Shown one piece after another: positions 47,458-57,428 of a stretch of DNA of 64,000 nt. The DNA comes from Bdellovibrionales bacterium (lineage in GTDB: Bacteria; Bdellovibrionota; Bdellovibrionia; Bdellovibrionales; JAGQZY01): positions 1,312,001-1,376,000 of the forward strand of contig CAXRHT010000002.1 in the NCBI GenBank assembly GCA_964230645.1. The letters are read 5' to 3'. The notes under the pieces are model-generated. The model saw only the letters and a list, made by a program, of their open reading frames with translations, searched no databases and was not told where the DNA came from. The position numbers were made by a program, and so were the translations under genes. Each line of letters begins with the position of its first letter. Positions within the stretch are counted from its first letter, which is position 1.

Positions 47458-47709
47458 TCAATTCCTTTTGGCCGATTTTTTAATTCGGTCCTTAAAGTCT
47501 TTTCTTACTTCAAGGAGTGCATCCAGCACCTTATCTTGCTCAACGGTCACCACAGCTTCATCAGAAAAATGATGTTTTCCTTGCACCAAAATTTCATCAA
47601 ACGAAATCTCTTTTCCTTTAGCACTCTTTTTCTTGGCTCCCTTTTCTGGGGCAGCAAAAAGTGACAAAGGTATTAAGGTTACAAGAATGATCAACATTCG
47701 TTTCATCAT
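47458..47709 (-). CDS. gltF: Small exported GltF/CglF-like protein
   Basis: Signal peptide; EISFDEILVQG...LLEVRKDFKDRI; position between gltD and gltG. Confidence 0.7.
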   Translation of the reverse strand: MMKRMLIILVTLIPLSLFAAPEKGAKKKSAKGKEISFDEILVQGKHHFSDEAVVTVEQDKVLDALLEVRKDFKDRIKKSAKRN

Positions 47710-50639
47710 AAAGACCTCTCTTTTGATTCAAATCCATTATCCACCATCTTCATCCGACTATTAAGATAGATGATCATTGGCTTATTTCCGCGAGCCGTTT
47801 CCAGTTTAATGAGATCGCGCAAGGCTTGCTTACTGAGTGGGTTTTCTTTGACTTTTTTGCGAGCCATTTCCAGGCGAGCAAAAGAAGGTGTTCTTTTTTG
47901 TTGCTGATCTCTATAGACCAGACTCATCCAAACTTTTTTATCCGTTGGTGCCCTCTCACGAATTCTTTCAATCTGAGGACCTAGGATTTTTTGAACTTCA
48001 ATGGGAGATTGGTGAAAGTTAGCAAATATCTGCTGCATGGCTTTTTCATTCTTCCATAGCTCCTCAACCTTAAACTGAATCTCTTGCGCCTTTTCTTTGT
48101 AAGGGGCCGCTTGTTGACTGAGTAAAGTCACATACTCTTGTTGCTCCTCCGCTGTCAGTCCCTTAGGTGTAGGTAAGCTCATCAAATCTTCAAAAAAGCG
48201 GCTGTACTGCTCAGCAAGTTCGGTGAGAAAAAGTGTCTGAGTCAACCAATCACCCGTTTTCGAAGCTTTCGCTATTACATCCTCAAAATTTGAGATACGA
48301 CTCATGCGGTGCTGCAAAGTGTTTCCAACCTGTGAAGGACGGCGGTCCAATTTGTGATCTTTTAGGCGTTTTAGTTTTTGAGTTCCCTCAGCCAGGAGCA
48401 GGTCACGCCTTAAAACATGAGCCGGGGCTGTTTGCTCTAACCCATAACTTTTAAAAACTCTCAAAATTTGAGAGGAGCTTTTCTTGCCTTGGTAGATTTC
48501 AAGCAGAAGGCCGGCGAAAAGATTTTTGTCTCTTTTAAGATAAGGAACACATGACTTCTGCTTTGATCCAAAACTTTTCGCCTCTCTGATCAATTCAATG
48601 CAAATAGAATGAGCCAGCTCAGGATCTTCTGTGTTTCTAATATAGTTATAGAAATAGGGGCTGGAATCCTTCTCTGCCAAATCGGCCAATCGAGCCAATT
48701 CAAGCCAGTCGGTCTTATTGATCTCACGATAGGAGCGGAAGGCTTCGTCAAAATTTAACTGAAGCTCACTCAACCATACTTTATTTTCCAGAGCAAATTG
48801 ACGCTCCTCTTTCTCTAGAGCCTTTAAACTCAAATAAGAACGAAGGGCTTTGTCCATTTCTGAAAACTTTCTTAGCTTTCGCGCTAAAATAATCTTGTTT
48901 TTATAAAAAGTTTTCTTTTTCTCCGGAGTGCTGCTCGCCACATCAAAACGATTCAATGTTTTCCAGGCTTGCTCAGAAGCTGATGCCTTATCGGAAAGCT
49001 TGGCTGTTTGTGATAGAACCGACTGTCCTGCTAGAGAAAGGAAATGCTTGCGATTTTTTGGAAAAATATTAGCAAACTCTCTCGCCCACGTTTCAATTTT
49101 TTGATCTTGCTTAGCCAGAACCAAAGAGTCCAGTGCTAGTTCGGCTGATTGGTTGCGAAGTTTTGCGGGAGTTTTTTTACTTAAAGCAAGGCTACGAAAC
49201 TGCTCAGCGGCCTCCATTGTTTGACCTTGATCATAGGCATTTTGAGCCATTTGATAGCGAATTTCAGGCGCCTTGTTTTGCTTGGTGCTTTTTTGTAGAT
49301 AAAGCTTTTGGGAGGCGGCCAACCAGGCTTTTTTCTTAGCAAGCTCGGCGATTTCAATGCGACGAAGTAGAAGCGTTTCTTTTTGCTCCTCTGTTTTTGC
49401 TAGTTGAAAAGCTTTTTTGTTCCATGCGTAAGCCTTTTCCCAATCTTTCGTTTGCACGGCCGCTTGAGAAGACAGCTCGTAAGCTTTCATATCCTCTTTT
49501 TCAACCAGAAAGTAGTTTTCATAGGCTTCAATCAACTCAGGAGATGGATTCTTTTTCTCCATTCGGTTCCAATCAAAGACTAAAGTTCGAACTCTGGATT
49601 TTAGCTCCTCACACTGCTTTGGGTTTTTGCACCCATCTAAAGAACGCCAATTACGGAAAGCTCTTTTTAAATAAGGTAAAACAGCTGTTTTTTGCTTCCC
49701 CTTAAGCTTCAGGTTAGCCAGATAGACCAAAGCCTCCATCCTCACTTCTGGGTCAGATGTTTTTTCTATTAATAATTCGAAAGCCTCTTCGGACTGCTGA
49801 TTGCGCCCCAGACGCTCTAATTCTTTGGCTAGGAAAGAAACGTTTTCAATACGACTACTGCGAGGACTTAAATTAAAAACCTTACTAATATCCGCCATAC
49901 TCACTCTAGAATCATGAGCAAGGAAAACCGTGTAGTCTTTAGCGACCTCTGCTTTAAAGTCTTCATCGACATTGACGACATTATTAGAGTTTCGAGTGAG
50001 AAGCTTTGGCGAGTTCAACATTTTTTCTAAAGTATTCACTGCCTGAGCAATCTCGCCGATGTTGTAGTGACACCAGGCCAATCGAAAAGTCGCCAAGCCC
50101 TTCCGTGGGAAATCCTCATCCTGCAAAGCTTGCAGATAATGAGACTTGGCTAAACTAAAATTACGTTGTTTAAAATAAATTTCAGCCAAAGAGAAATGAG
50201 CCTCAGCGGCCCCTTGCCCACTGGCAACGACTTTTTTGTAAAACCCAGTGGCCTTAGAGTTTTCACCGAGCACCTCATAAAGGTGCCCCACCTGAACCAT
50301 CACGCGGTGTTTTCTTTCTCCGTTTAGGTCTTGCAGAACATACTGATAATACTCAAGCGCCTGTTTGCGATCTTCTTTACCGGCTGTGCACTCTACACAG
50401 CCATTTTCGAGATCTTCTTTTGCGAGCAAACGTCCACGCTCTGCATGAAGATCAGCCAGTCTTAAAGTTAATTTCGACTTAGTAGGACTTCCTTCTGGCA
50501 ACTTCAAAAAGACTTTCGTTAGCTTGTCGATAAGAAGACTCTCCGTCTTGCCGGCTGTTCCTGCAAGGCTCTGAGAGGGAGCCATCATAAAAACGGCCAC
50601 AAGCGGCAAGCTCAAAGAAAATAATTTATTTTTTAACAT
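47706..50639 (-). CDS. gltD: Large periplasmic TPR protein, GltD/AgmU-like
   Basis: Signal peptide, many TPRs (LRLADLHAE, FRLAWCHYN) and PTPKGLTAEEQQEYVTLLSQQAAP motif. Confidence 0.8.
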   Translation of the reverse strand: MLKNKLFSLSLPLVAVFMMAPSQSLAGTAGKTESLLIDKLTKVFLKLPEGSPTKSKLTLRLADLHAERGRLLAKEDLENGCVECTAGKEDRKQALEYYQYVLQDLNGERKHRVMVQVGHLYEVLGENSKATGFYKKVVASGQGAAEAHFSLAEIYFKQRNFSLAKSHYLQALQDEDFPRKGLATFRLAWCHYNIGEIAQAVNTLEKMLNSPKLLTRNSNNVVNVDEDFKAEVAKDYTVFLAHDSRVSMADISKVFNLSPRSSRIENVSFLAKELERLGRNQQSEEAFELLIEKTSDPEVRMEALVYLANLKLKGKQKTAVLPYLKRAFRNWRSLDGCKNPKQCEELKSRVRTLVFDWNRMEKKNPSPELIEAYENYFLVEKEDMKAYELSSQAAVQTKDWEKAYAWNKKAFQLAKTEEQKETLLLRRIEIAELAKKKAWLAASQKLYLQKSTKQNKAPEIRYQMAQNAYDQGQTMEAAEQFRSLALSKKTPAKLRNQSAELALDSLVLAKQDQKIETWAREFANIFPKNRKHFLSLAGQSVLSQTAKLSDKASASEQAWKTLNRFDVASSTPEKKKTFYKNKIILARKLRKFSEMDKALRSYLSLKALEKEERQFALENKVWLSELQLNFDEAFRSYREINKTDWLELARLADLAEKDSSPYFYNYIRNTEDPELAHSICIELIREAKSFGSKQKSCVPYLKRDKNLFAGLLLEIYQGKKSSSQILRVFKSYGLEQTAPAHVLRRDLLLAEGTQKLKRLKDHKLDRRPSQVGNTLQHRMSRISNFEDVIAKASKTGDWLTQTLFLTELAEQYSRFFEDLMSLPTPKGLTAEEQQEYVTLLSQQAAPYKEKAQEIQFKVEELWKNEKAMQQIFANFHQSPIEVQKILGPQIERIRERAPTDKKVWMSLVYRDQQQKRTPSFARLEMARKKVKENPLSKQALRDLIKLETARGNKPMIIYLNSRMKMVDNGFESKERSL

Positions 50640-50648
50640 CGCTGTCCC

Positions 50649-51116
50649 CTATTTTCTAATGACGGCAAAATTGATGTCACTGTATCCCGCGTGTCCGCCC
50701 GCTTGGATCACATGACTTAACAAACTGTAAGTTTGACGGCGATCGGCCTGAATGGTCATGGCTCCCGCAAACTCGGTATCGGGATAATACTCTTCCCAGT
50801 TTTTCTTCACATCGATTAATTTCTTAACCAGGGTTTTCACTGGTATCTCTTCTTCTTCGATGTAGAGTTTATCTTTTTCTACTCTCACCACAATATTGCG
50901 ATCCAATGTCACAGACTGAGTGGCCGAAGGAAGTTCGATCCCTTCACTCATATAGAGAAGCTCACCTGTGGTCGAAAAATTTACCAGAAGATAGATCACC
51001 AAAACAGAGAACGTATCCACAAGGGACGTTAGCATCACAGTGGCTGCTAAATTTCTTTTTGGTTTATTTTTAAATCCAAAACTTCCTACCGAAGTTCCTA
51101 ATGGTCGGTAATTCAT
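50649..51116 (-). CDS. aglS: ExbD/TolR-family stator subunit, AglS-like
   Basis: TM LTSLVDTFSVLVIYLL with the conserved Asp; IELPSA; IQADR. Confidence 0.8.
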   Translation of the reverse strand: MNYRPLGTSVGSFGFKNKPKRNLAATVMLTSLVDTFSVLVIYLLVNFSTTGELLYMSEGIELPSATQSVTLDRNIVVRVEKDKLYIEEEEIPVKTLVKKLIDVKKNWEEYYPDTEFAGAMTIQADRRQTYSLLSHVIQAGGHAGYSDINFAVIRK

Positions 51117-51145
51117 AATGCCCCCAAAATGTTTCTCAGGTTAGC

Positions 51146-51610
51146 CTAAAGAGGCGTCACACCAAGATCTTGAATCCCCTCTTCTCTGAACACATCCATA
51201 AGCTGAATGATGTCTTCAAAAGGGGTTTTCTCCGCTGGACGAATGAGAGCCATATCCATTTGATCAAACTCTCCGGTTAGCTTGGCTAAAAAAGAAGAGA
51301 GTTGATCATAATCTGGCTTCCCTTCCAGACTTGCAATTTCACTGTTACCAAAAGATTTCGCGATTTTATTTGGAATATGACGGAGTTTAAATTTTAACTT
51401 TCCGTCAGTCTCCATAACAACCCACATCTCAGGCTTGGGCTTACCCTCTTGAGCTTGCCCCCCAATGGCCTGTTTCACGTCCATCGAGCCGATTTGAATC
51501 CAAATTGTGGTTAACAAAAGGAAACAGATACAGACCGAAAGAAGTGAGATGAAGGCCACCAAGTCCACCTCTGTGTTAAGTGGCTTTTTTTGTAGCTTCG
51601 ACTTAAACAC
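51146..51610 (-). CDS. aglQ: ExbD/TolR-family stator subunit, AglQ-like (TM Asp replaced by Ser)
   Basis: EVDLVAFISLLSVCICFLLLTTIW and IRP...FEDIIQLMD; second gene of the R-Q-S order. Confidence 0.78.
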   Translation of the reverse strand: MFKSKLQKKPLNTEVDLVAFISLLSVCICFLLLTTIWIQIGSMDVKQAIGGQAQEGKPKPEMWVVMETDGKLKFKLRHIPNKIAKSFGNSEIASLEGKPDYDQLSSFLAKLTGEFDQMDMALIRPAEKTPFEDIIQLMDVFREEGIQDLGVTPL

Positions 51611-51620
51611 TGGCGTCCCC

Positions 51621-52310
51621 TTATTGCTTTGGCACAGTGGCTTTTACACGGGCTTCGCGAGTCTCAAGAGGATTAAAAGAATAACTCAACCAATTGTAAG
51701 CCTTTAAGGCCGCCTGATTGAGATCATCGGTTAATACTTGAGAGCGATTCGATAAGATCGAGTACACGAGAAGTGTTGGTATCGCAACGATCAACCCAAA
51801 GGCTGTGGTGTTCATGGCCTCAGAGATACCGTTTGATAACAAAGTCGCTTTTTCCATCGGGTTCGCCTGACTGACGGCCGCAAAAGATTTAATCATTCCC
51901 GTGATGGTTCCAAGAAGTCCTGCAAGGGTTGCGACGTTTGCAATCATTGCCAAGAATCCGGTGCGCTTTTCAATATGTTCTGTTTCTTCGAGGATGACTT
52001 CTTCCATCCTTCCTTGGATCTCATCTTTTCCACCCATATTCATGGCAGCCTCTGTTCCCGCTGCTACTGTTCTGTGGATGGATTCCCCGTCTTTATTTTT
52101 GGTTTGCTCCATGACATTGTCGAGCTGCCCCTGACGAATGGGTTTTTCAAACCCGAGAACATTTCTCTTTTGTGTGGGTTTTCTCTTTATATAGAGGGCG
52201 ATCACTCTTTCCACGATAATCGCTAACGCTACAATTTGCAGCCCTAGGATAAACCACATCCAAACGCCCCCAGTATTAAATGCTTGTGAAAGTGAATTAA
52301 AAAAGCTCAC
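51621..52310 (-). CDS. aglR: MotA/TolQ/ExbB proton channel subunit, AglR-like
   Basis: ATLAGLLGTITGMIKSF and GISEAMNTTAFGL; AAGGAGG RBS before the GTG start. Confidence 0.88.
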   Translation of the reverse strand: MSFFNSLSQAFNTGGVWMWFILGLQIVALAIIVERVIALYIKRKPTQKRNVLGFEKPIRQGQLDNVMEQTKNKDGESIHRTVAAGTEAAMNMGGKDEIQGRMEEVILEETEHIEKRTGFLAMIANVATLAGLLGTITGMIKSFAAVSQANPMEKATLLSNGISEAMNTTAFGLIVAIPTLLVYSILSNRSQVLTDDLNQAALKAYNWLSYSFNPLETREARVKATVPKQ

Positions 52311-52650
52311 GACATCCTCCTTAATAAGCTAAGCCGAAATGTTAGGACTATAGTCTCCGTGTCCTAATCAGTACGTGAAAATCGTCCCACCTGACTTCAG
52401 ACCAGTCAAACGAAACATTGACGATTTCTACACAATACCCAAAAGGCTTCTAAAGATTTCAGAATTATCAAGATTCTTAAAACGGCTTCAGATCGATTCT
52501 TTTAACAAAAGACCTATTGTTCTAATTAAAAGACAGAGGATTTAATAATCTTTGCTAAGGTTTTGATATTTATTTTTTAAGACGAAAAGGAGTGTCGCAC
52601 AAAAACATAAATCGAACACTTTTTAAAGAATGATTTGAGTTTGGCTGTAT

Positions 52651-53478
52651 TTAACGAACCAGATCGAGATAAAATTGAAAGCCCACTTGTAGGAATGGAT
52701 AAGATAGGTTCAAAGTTTTCCGAGCTCCACCTTCAAAAACCACATCATCATCCCCGTTGTGAGTCCCCGCAAAATTTTCTCCACCCCCGGCATACAGCCA
52801 AGTCACTGGAAAACTGTGATGGTAACCCAACATGAACTCTATTGTTGTTTCATCAGCCAAAACAATCTCCGTCCCCACGCCAGCAACAGCATAAAACATT
52901 TGCGACTTATAGGTTTCCGAAAATTCACTCTGCCCACCAACCAGGGCTTCCCCAGCTGCTGTCATGCTATAGTTATTTTCAAATTGCCCCCACTGATAAC
53001 CTCCCCCAAAAACCACTTTCCACAAATGGGTGGGTTGCTCAGCCAGTTGAATATCTATAGAAAAAGCGGGTCCAAAAAGAAGCCCCTCGCTGTTGGCACT
53101 ATATAGAGCCGTTCCGTCAGTCCTCAACCCTTGTGCGGCCTGCACACCATCGAAGGTTTGCACCAACACACCTAAACGCAGTCCCATTCCGGCACCACGT
53201 AGGTAAAGTCCAAACTCCCCTCCGTAAGTTAAATCGAATTTATCGCCAGAATAGCGGGAGGCTGACTGCCAAGCGTAGGGATCTTCCTCCAACTGAGACA
53301 TTCCCCCACGAAAATTTAGGTATGGAGCCACCGATTCATTTTCAAAGGAAAAGACTCGGGCCTGACTTTTTAAACTGATCAGGAAAATTATGAAGAAAAG
53401 ACCTAAAAAGAGACCTCTTTTTTGATAAAATTTTCCATGGGATTTTATTGAAAAAAAATTTGAGTCAGACAACCACAA
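52651..53478 (-). CDS. Putative outer-membrane beta-barrel hypothetical protein
   Basis: Signal-like hydrophobic segment ending SQA, amphipathic strands and C-terminal FLQVGFQFY; start uncertain. Confidence 0.65.
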   Translation of the reverse strand: MWLSDSNFFSIKSHGKFYQKRGLFLGLFFIIFLISLKSQARVFSFENESVAPYLNFRGGMSQLEEDPYAWQSASRYSGDKFDLTYGGEFGLYLRGAGMGLRLGVLVQTFDGVQAAQGLRTDGTALYSANSEGLLFGPAFSIDIQLAEQPTHLWKVVFGGGYQWGQFENNYSMTAAGEALVGGQSEFSETYKSQMFYAVAGVGTEIVLADETTIEFMLGYHHSFPVTWLYAGGGENFAGTHNGDDDVVFEGGARKTLNLSYPFLQVGFQFYLDLVR

Positions 53479-53660
53479 GTCCTTTTGAAAATAATACCGA
53501 GTTGAAAAACAATATTACAGGCAATGAAGCCTGGCTTCGAGTCCTGAAGCTTCGAAAATCCACTCAGATCAAAAAAAAAGCACAGAGAAGCAGTTTGACG
53601 CCTGGCATGATAGTTGTATATACAGTGTGTCGAAAGATCTAATTAAAGGAGTATGGGATT

Positions 53661-54359
53661 ATGAAAACAAAATATTACATGGCGCTATTAGCTGGCCTTT
53701 TCCTCTTAGTTTCAGCCTGTGGAAGCAGCAGCTCAAACGATGATGGTAACACTCAATTACAAACGGATGATCAACCATCTTTTTGCGAACAATTTCCTCA
53801 AGCCCAGGCTTGTGAAGAATTTAACGATGGAGCACTCAACTCTTATTGCTTAAATAACCCTCAGGACCCTGTCTGCGATCAAATCGAAGACGAAGGTAAT
53901 GACATGGGCTTTGATGACTACTTCGGTGGCAACGACGACCTTTATGGCGATGGTGCCTACAACGGAGCCGGTGGATACTGTGGATGTGACAATGGTCAAC
54001 AGCCCGTGATCTATCAAGGTCAAAGAATGTGTGAAAGAAGAACTCAGTCTGGTTATAGAGAAAGAGAAATCGTTGTTGGCTATCAAAGACGTGGTGACCG
54101 CGAACGCGTTTCTGCAGAGTACCGTTATGCTGATGGAGACGAGTACGCGACTTCTTACGAGCCTGTTGGAGACAACTGCTACGAAGCGGCTGGTGTTCGT
54201 TGTAACCCCAATGGTTACGGAAATGACTGCCAAGTTCGTGACAACTACGGACAACAGGTAAACGCCCGCTGTGTGCGTGTTCAAGGGACTAACTACGGTT
54301 ACTGCCAAGAGCAAACTGGTGGCTACAACAATGGTGGCGGCTACAACGGTGGTTACTAA
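53661..54359 (+). CDS. Cys-rich, Gly/Tyr/Asn/Asp-rich lipoprotein
   Basis: AAGGAG RBS, lipobox VSAC, twelve further Cys and a GGYNNGGGYNGGY tail. Confidence 0.85.
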   Translation: MKTKYYMALLAGLFLLVSACGSSSSNDDGNTQLQTDDQPSFCEQFPQAQACEEFNDGALNSYCLNNPQDPVCDQIEDEGNDMGFDDYFGGNDDLYGDGAYNGAGGYCGCDNGQQPVIYQGQRMCERRTQSGYREREIVVGYQRRGDRERVSAEYRYADGDEYATSYEPVGDNCYEAAGVRCNPNGYGNDCQVRDNYGQQVNARCVRVQGTNYGYCQEQTGGYNNGGGYNGGY

Positions 54360-54416
54360 GCCCTGAGTCATAGTTAGGAATTGAGCTTTAAAAGGCTCTT
54401 ATTAATTCTTAGTTTC

Positions 54417-54451
54417 AAAACCCTTCTTTTTTACAAAAGAAGGGTTTTTTT
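54417..54451 (+). terminator. Intrinsic terminator
   Basis: AAAACCCTTCTTTT-ttac-AAAAGAAGGGTTTT followed by further T residues. Confidence 0.85.
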
Positions 54452-54558
54452 ATGCCTCAAAGTCCCTACACAATCCCCAGAGATTCCTATAGAACTAATC
54501 CATAAGGAATGTGAAAGGCTTTTTGAGCCTTTTCAATCAACGGAGTGAGGAGACCAGC

Positions 54559-56580
54559 ATGATCGAACTTTTAAAAAATCCAAACACACCTGATGAGGCG
54601 ATGCCTTTTGATAAAGTGGAGAGTCAAAACTTCGCAGTAGAAATTGATAAAGCCATCAAGACGGCCAAAGAAAATGTCAAAAAGATTGAAGAAGAGTCTT
54701 CTCCTACCTTTGAAAACATCATCGAGGCTTTAGAGCTTTCATCCTTTGATCTCGATAAAATTACCACACTATTTTTTAACCTCTATCATGCCTGTACGGA
54801 TGATGAGATCGATAAGGCCGTGGGACCAGTTTCAGAAAAGCTCGCTCAGTATGGCAACGACGTTCAGCTTTCGGAAAAACTTTTTGCTCAGGTCAAAAAG
54901 ATCTATGACCAGAGAGAGGATCTCAAATTAAATTCTGAACAAGAAAAACTTCTTTTAGAAACTTACGAAGGCTTTACTCGCAATGGCGCACTTCTTTCAA
55001 AAGAAGACAAAGAAAAACTCCGAGAAATAGACCAAAAAATGGCCTCCCTTTCTCCACAATACAGTCAAAATTTATTGAAAGCGACAAATGCTTTCACCCT
55101 CAATATTGAGGATAAAAGCAAAGTCGAGGGGCTTCCCGAATCCGTATTAGCAACAGCCGAAGAGGAAGCGAAAAATAAAGGGCAAAAGGGCTGGACATTC
55201 ACTTTGCAAGCCCCCTCTTATATCCCATTTATGAAATATACCAAGGACCGCGCTTTAAGAGAAAAAATGTGGAAAGCCTATAACTCGCGGGCTTTCACCG
55301 GAGAGACTTCCAATAGAGAGATCTGTCAGCAAATCGCTAAGCTTCGCCACCAAAGAGCCAATCTCCTTGGCTATAAAACCCATGCCCATTTCGTTTTAGA
55401 AAAACGTATGGCTAAAAATCCAGAGAGAGTTTTTGAGTTTCTTGATGAGCTAAAAACACCTTCTTTTCGAGCGGCCAAAGCGGACCTTGATCAATTGCGC
55501 AGCTACATGAAAGAGAGCGAAGGCGCTGACTTTGACCTTATGCCTTGGGACTTTGGCTTTTATTCTGAAAAATTGAAGAAAGCTCGCTACGATATTAGTG
55601 ATGAAGAATTGCGTCCCTATTTCCCTGTGGATGCTGTCATCGATGGAGTCTTTATTCATGGTCAGAGACTTTACTCTCTTGAATTTAAAGAAAATAAAGA
55701 TGTGCCCGTTTATCATAAGGATGTGAAAGCTTATAACGTCACCCGCGGTGACGACTACATCGGAATTCTCTATCTGGACCTCTACCCTCGAGAAAATAAA
55801 AAGTCGGGCGCCTGGATGACCAATTACCGCGAACAGGGTTTTGATGGAAACTCCGTCAAGCGTCCTCACGTGAGCATTTGTTGTAACTTTAGTAAACCAA
55901 CGAGCACCCAACCCTCTCTTCTTACTTTCAATGAAGTGCAAACTCTTTTTCATGAGTTTGGACATGGCCTGCACTCGTTACTTTCTGATTGTTACTACCA
56001 ATCCATATCAGGAACCAACGTGCTTTGGGATTTTGTGGAACTCCCCTCTCAACTCATGGAAAATTGGACTTATGAGAAAGAGTCCCTCGACCTTTTTGCG
56101 AAACACTATAAGACCGGGGAGAAGATTCCCAAAGATTTGGTGGAAAAGCTCAATAAAGCTCGAAACTTTCAATCCGGTTATGGCTCATTAAGACAAATCA
56201 GTTTTGGACTCGTAGATATGAACTGGCACACCGAAATTGAGGGTAAAGACATGGACCCACTGGCCATTGAGGAGCAAGCTTTAAAAGACATTCAATTGAT
56301 GCCCAAAGTAGAGGGCACAAACTTTTCAGTGGGCTTTGCCCATATTTTCGCGGGTGGATACTCGGCGGGGTACTACAGCTACAAGTGGGCGGAAGTTCTT
56401 GACGCTGATGCTTTTGAAGCTTTCAAAGAAAAAGGTCTGTTTGATAAAGATGTGGCCGGACGTTTTTATTCAGAGGTATTATCCCGTGGAGGAGTTAAGG
56501 ACCCCTCTGAACTTTACCGCAGCTTTCGCGGTAAAGACCCTGACACCGGGGCCCTATTAAGAAGGAGTGGATTGTCTTGA
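54559..56580 (+). CDS. M3A family metallopeptidase (Dcp / oligopeptidase A-like)
   Basis: [25 protein letters not shown] and [29 protein letters not shown] before ATG 54559. Confidence 0.95.
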   Translation: MIELLKNPNTPDEAMPFDKVESQNFAVEIDKAIKTAKENVKKIEEESSPTFENIIEALELSSFDLDKITTLFFNLYHACTDDEIDKAVGPVSEKLAQYGNDVQLSEKLFAQVKKIYDQREDLKLNSEQEKLLLETYEGFTRNGALLSKEDKEKLREIDQKMASLSPQYSQNLLKATNAFTLNIEDKSKVEGLPESVLATAEEEAKNKGQKGWTFTLQAPSYIPFMKYTKDRALREKMWKAYNSRAFTGETSNREICQQIAKLRHQRANLLGYKTHAHFVLEKRMAKNPERVFEFLDELKTPSFRAAKADLDQLRSYMKESEGADFDLMPWDFGFYSEKLKKARYDISDEELRPYFPVDAVIDGVFIHGQRLYSLEFKENKDVPVYHKDVKAYNVTRGDDYIGILYLDLYPRENKKSGAWMTNYREQGFDGNSVKRPHVSICCNFSKPTSTQPSLLTFNEVQTLFHEFGHGLHSLLSDCYYQSISGTNVLWDFVELPSQLMENWTYEKESLDLFAKHYKTGEKIPKDLVEKLNKARNFQSGYGSLRQISFGLVDMNWHTEIEGKDMDPLAIEEQALKDIQLMPKVEGTNFSVGFAHIFAGGYSAGYYSYKWAEVLDADAFEAFKEKGLFDKDVAGRFYSEVLSRGGVKDPSELYRSFRGKDPDTGALLRRSGLS

Positions 56581-57428
56581 GTGAGTATAAGAACATCGCC
56601 ATTGTTATTCGTAAAGACACTCCGAAAGCTCTCAGTGAGGCGAAGAAATTAGGCCAGTGGCTTTCGGACCAAGACTTAGAGGTTTTTTGTGAACCCAATG
56701 TGGATCTTTGCAAAAAATCTCAAGAGCTTAGCGGCGAGAAAGATTTTGATAAAATTGACCTAGTTATTGTCCTAGGGGGTGACGGCACTTATTTGCAAGC
56801 CGTTCGTATGCTGCATGGTCGGCAGACACCCATTGTTGGAGTCAATCTTGGCTCCCTGGGCTTCCTTACGGATAATCGTCTTGAGGATATGTACACCACT
56901 TTAAAAGCCACGCTTAAAAACAAGATGGACTCACGACCACGTTCAGTTCTCTCGATGACCATTAACGATGACAAAAAGTTTCTGGCTTTAAATGATATCG
57001 TGATTGAAAGAGGAGAAAGAACTCAACTTTTAAACATTGGTATTTATTGCGACGATCAGCTTGTTACAGAAACCAAAGCGGATGGGGTGATTGTTTCAAG
57101 CCCCACGGGGTCGACGGCCTATAATCTCGCCGCTGGCGGACCTGTGTTGCATCCGGAAACCAAGGCCATTGTTGTTACACCCATCTGCCCTCACAGCCTG
57201 ACCACAAGGCCTTTGATTTTTCCAGACGATAGAAAGCTGGAATTTAAAATCATTGGTGACCGCGGCCCAGCCCTACTTAGTGTGGATGGACAAAAAGCCC
57301 TTGAAATTAACTCAACTCATAAACTCATTGTGAATAAAAACAACCAAGATCATTACATCATTCGACACCCGACTCACAATTTCTTTAACCTCTTACGAGA
57401 AAAATTAAAATTTGGAGAAAGGGACTAA
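56577..57428 (+). CDS. nadK: NAD(+) kinase
   Basis: [18 protein letters not shown] and [15 protein letters not shown]. Confidence 0.96.
   Translation: MSEYKNIAIVIRKDTPKALSEAKKLGQWLSDQDLEVFCEPNVDLCKKSQELSGEKDFDKIDLVIVLGGDGTYLQAVRMLHGRQTPIVGVNLGSLGFLTDNRLEDMYTTLKATLKNKMDSRPRSVLSMTINDDKKFLALNDIVIERGERTQLLNIGIYCDDQLVTETKADGVIVSSPTGSTAYNLAAGGPVLHPETKAIVVTPICPHSLTTRPLIFPDDRKLEFKIIGDRGPALLSVDGQKALEINSTHKLIVNKNNQDHYIIRHPTHNFFNLLREKLKFGERD

Noticed and set aside
50649..52310. Ordinary Tol-Pal or TonB-ExbBD locus
   Set aside because: No tolB/pal or TonB-dependent receptor; two ExbD-like genes followed by Glt-like genes fit Agl-Glt.
52330..52430. c-di-GMP-I/cGAMP riboswitch (GTGGGACG on the minus strand)
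   Set aside because: Lacks the GGCAAAC 5' strand, the GNRA loop and the GCAAA junction of the consensus.
53850..54371. 173-aa antisense ORF rich in Val/Thr/Ile
   Set aside because: Shadow of the low-complexity lipoprotein on the plus strand, which has the RBS, lipobox and terminator.
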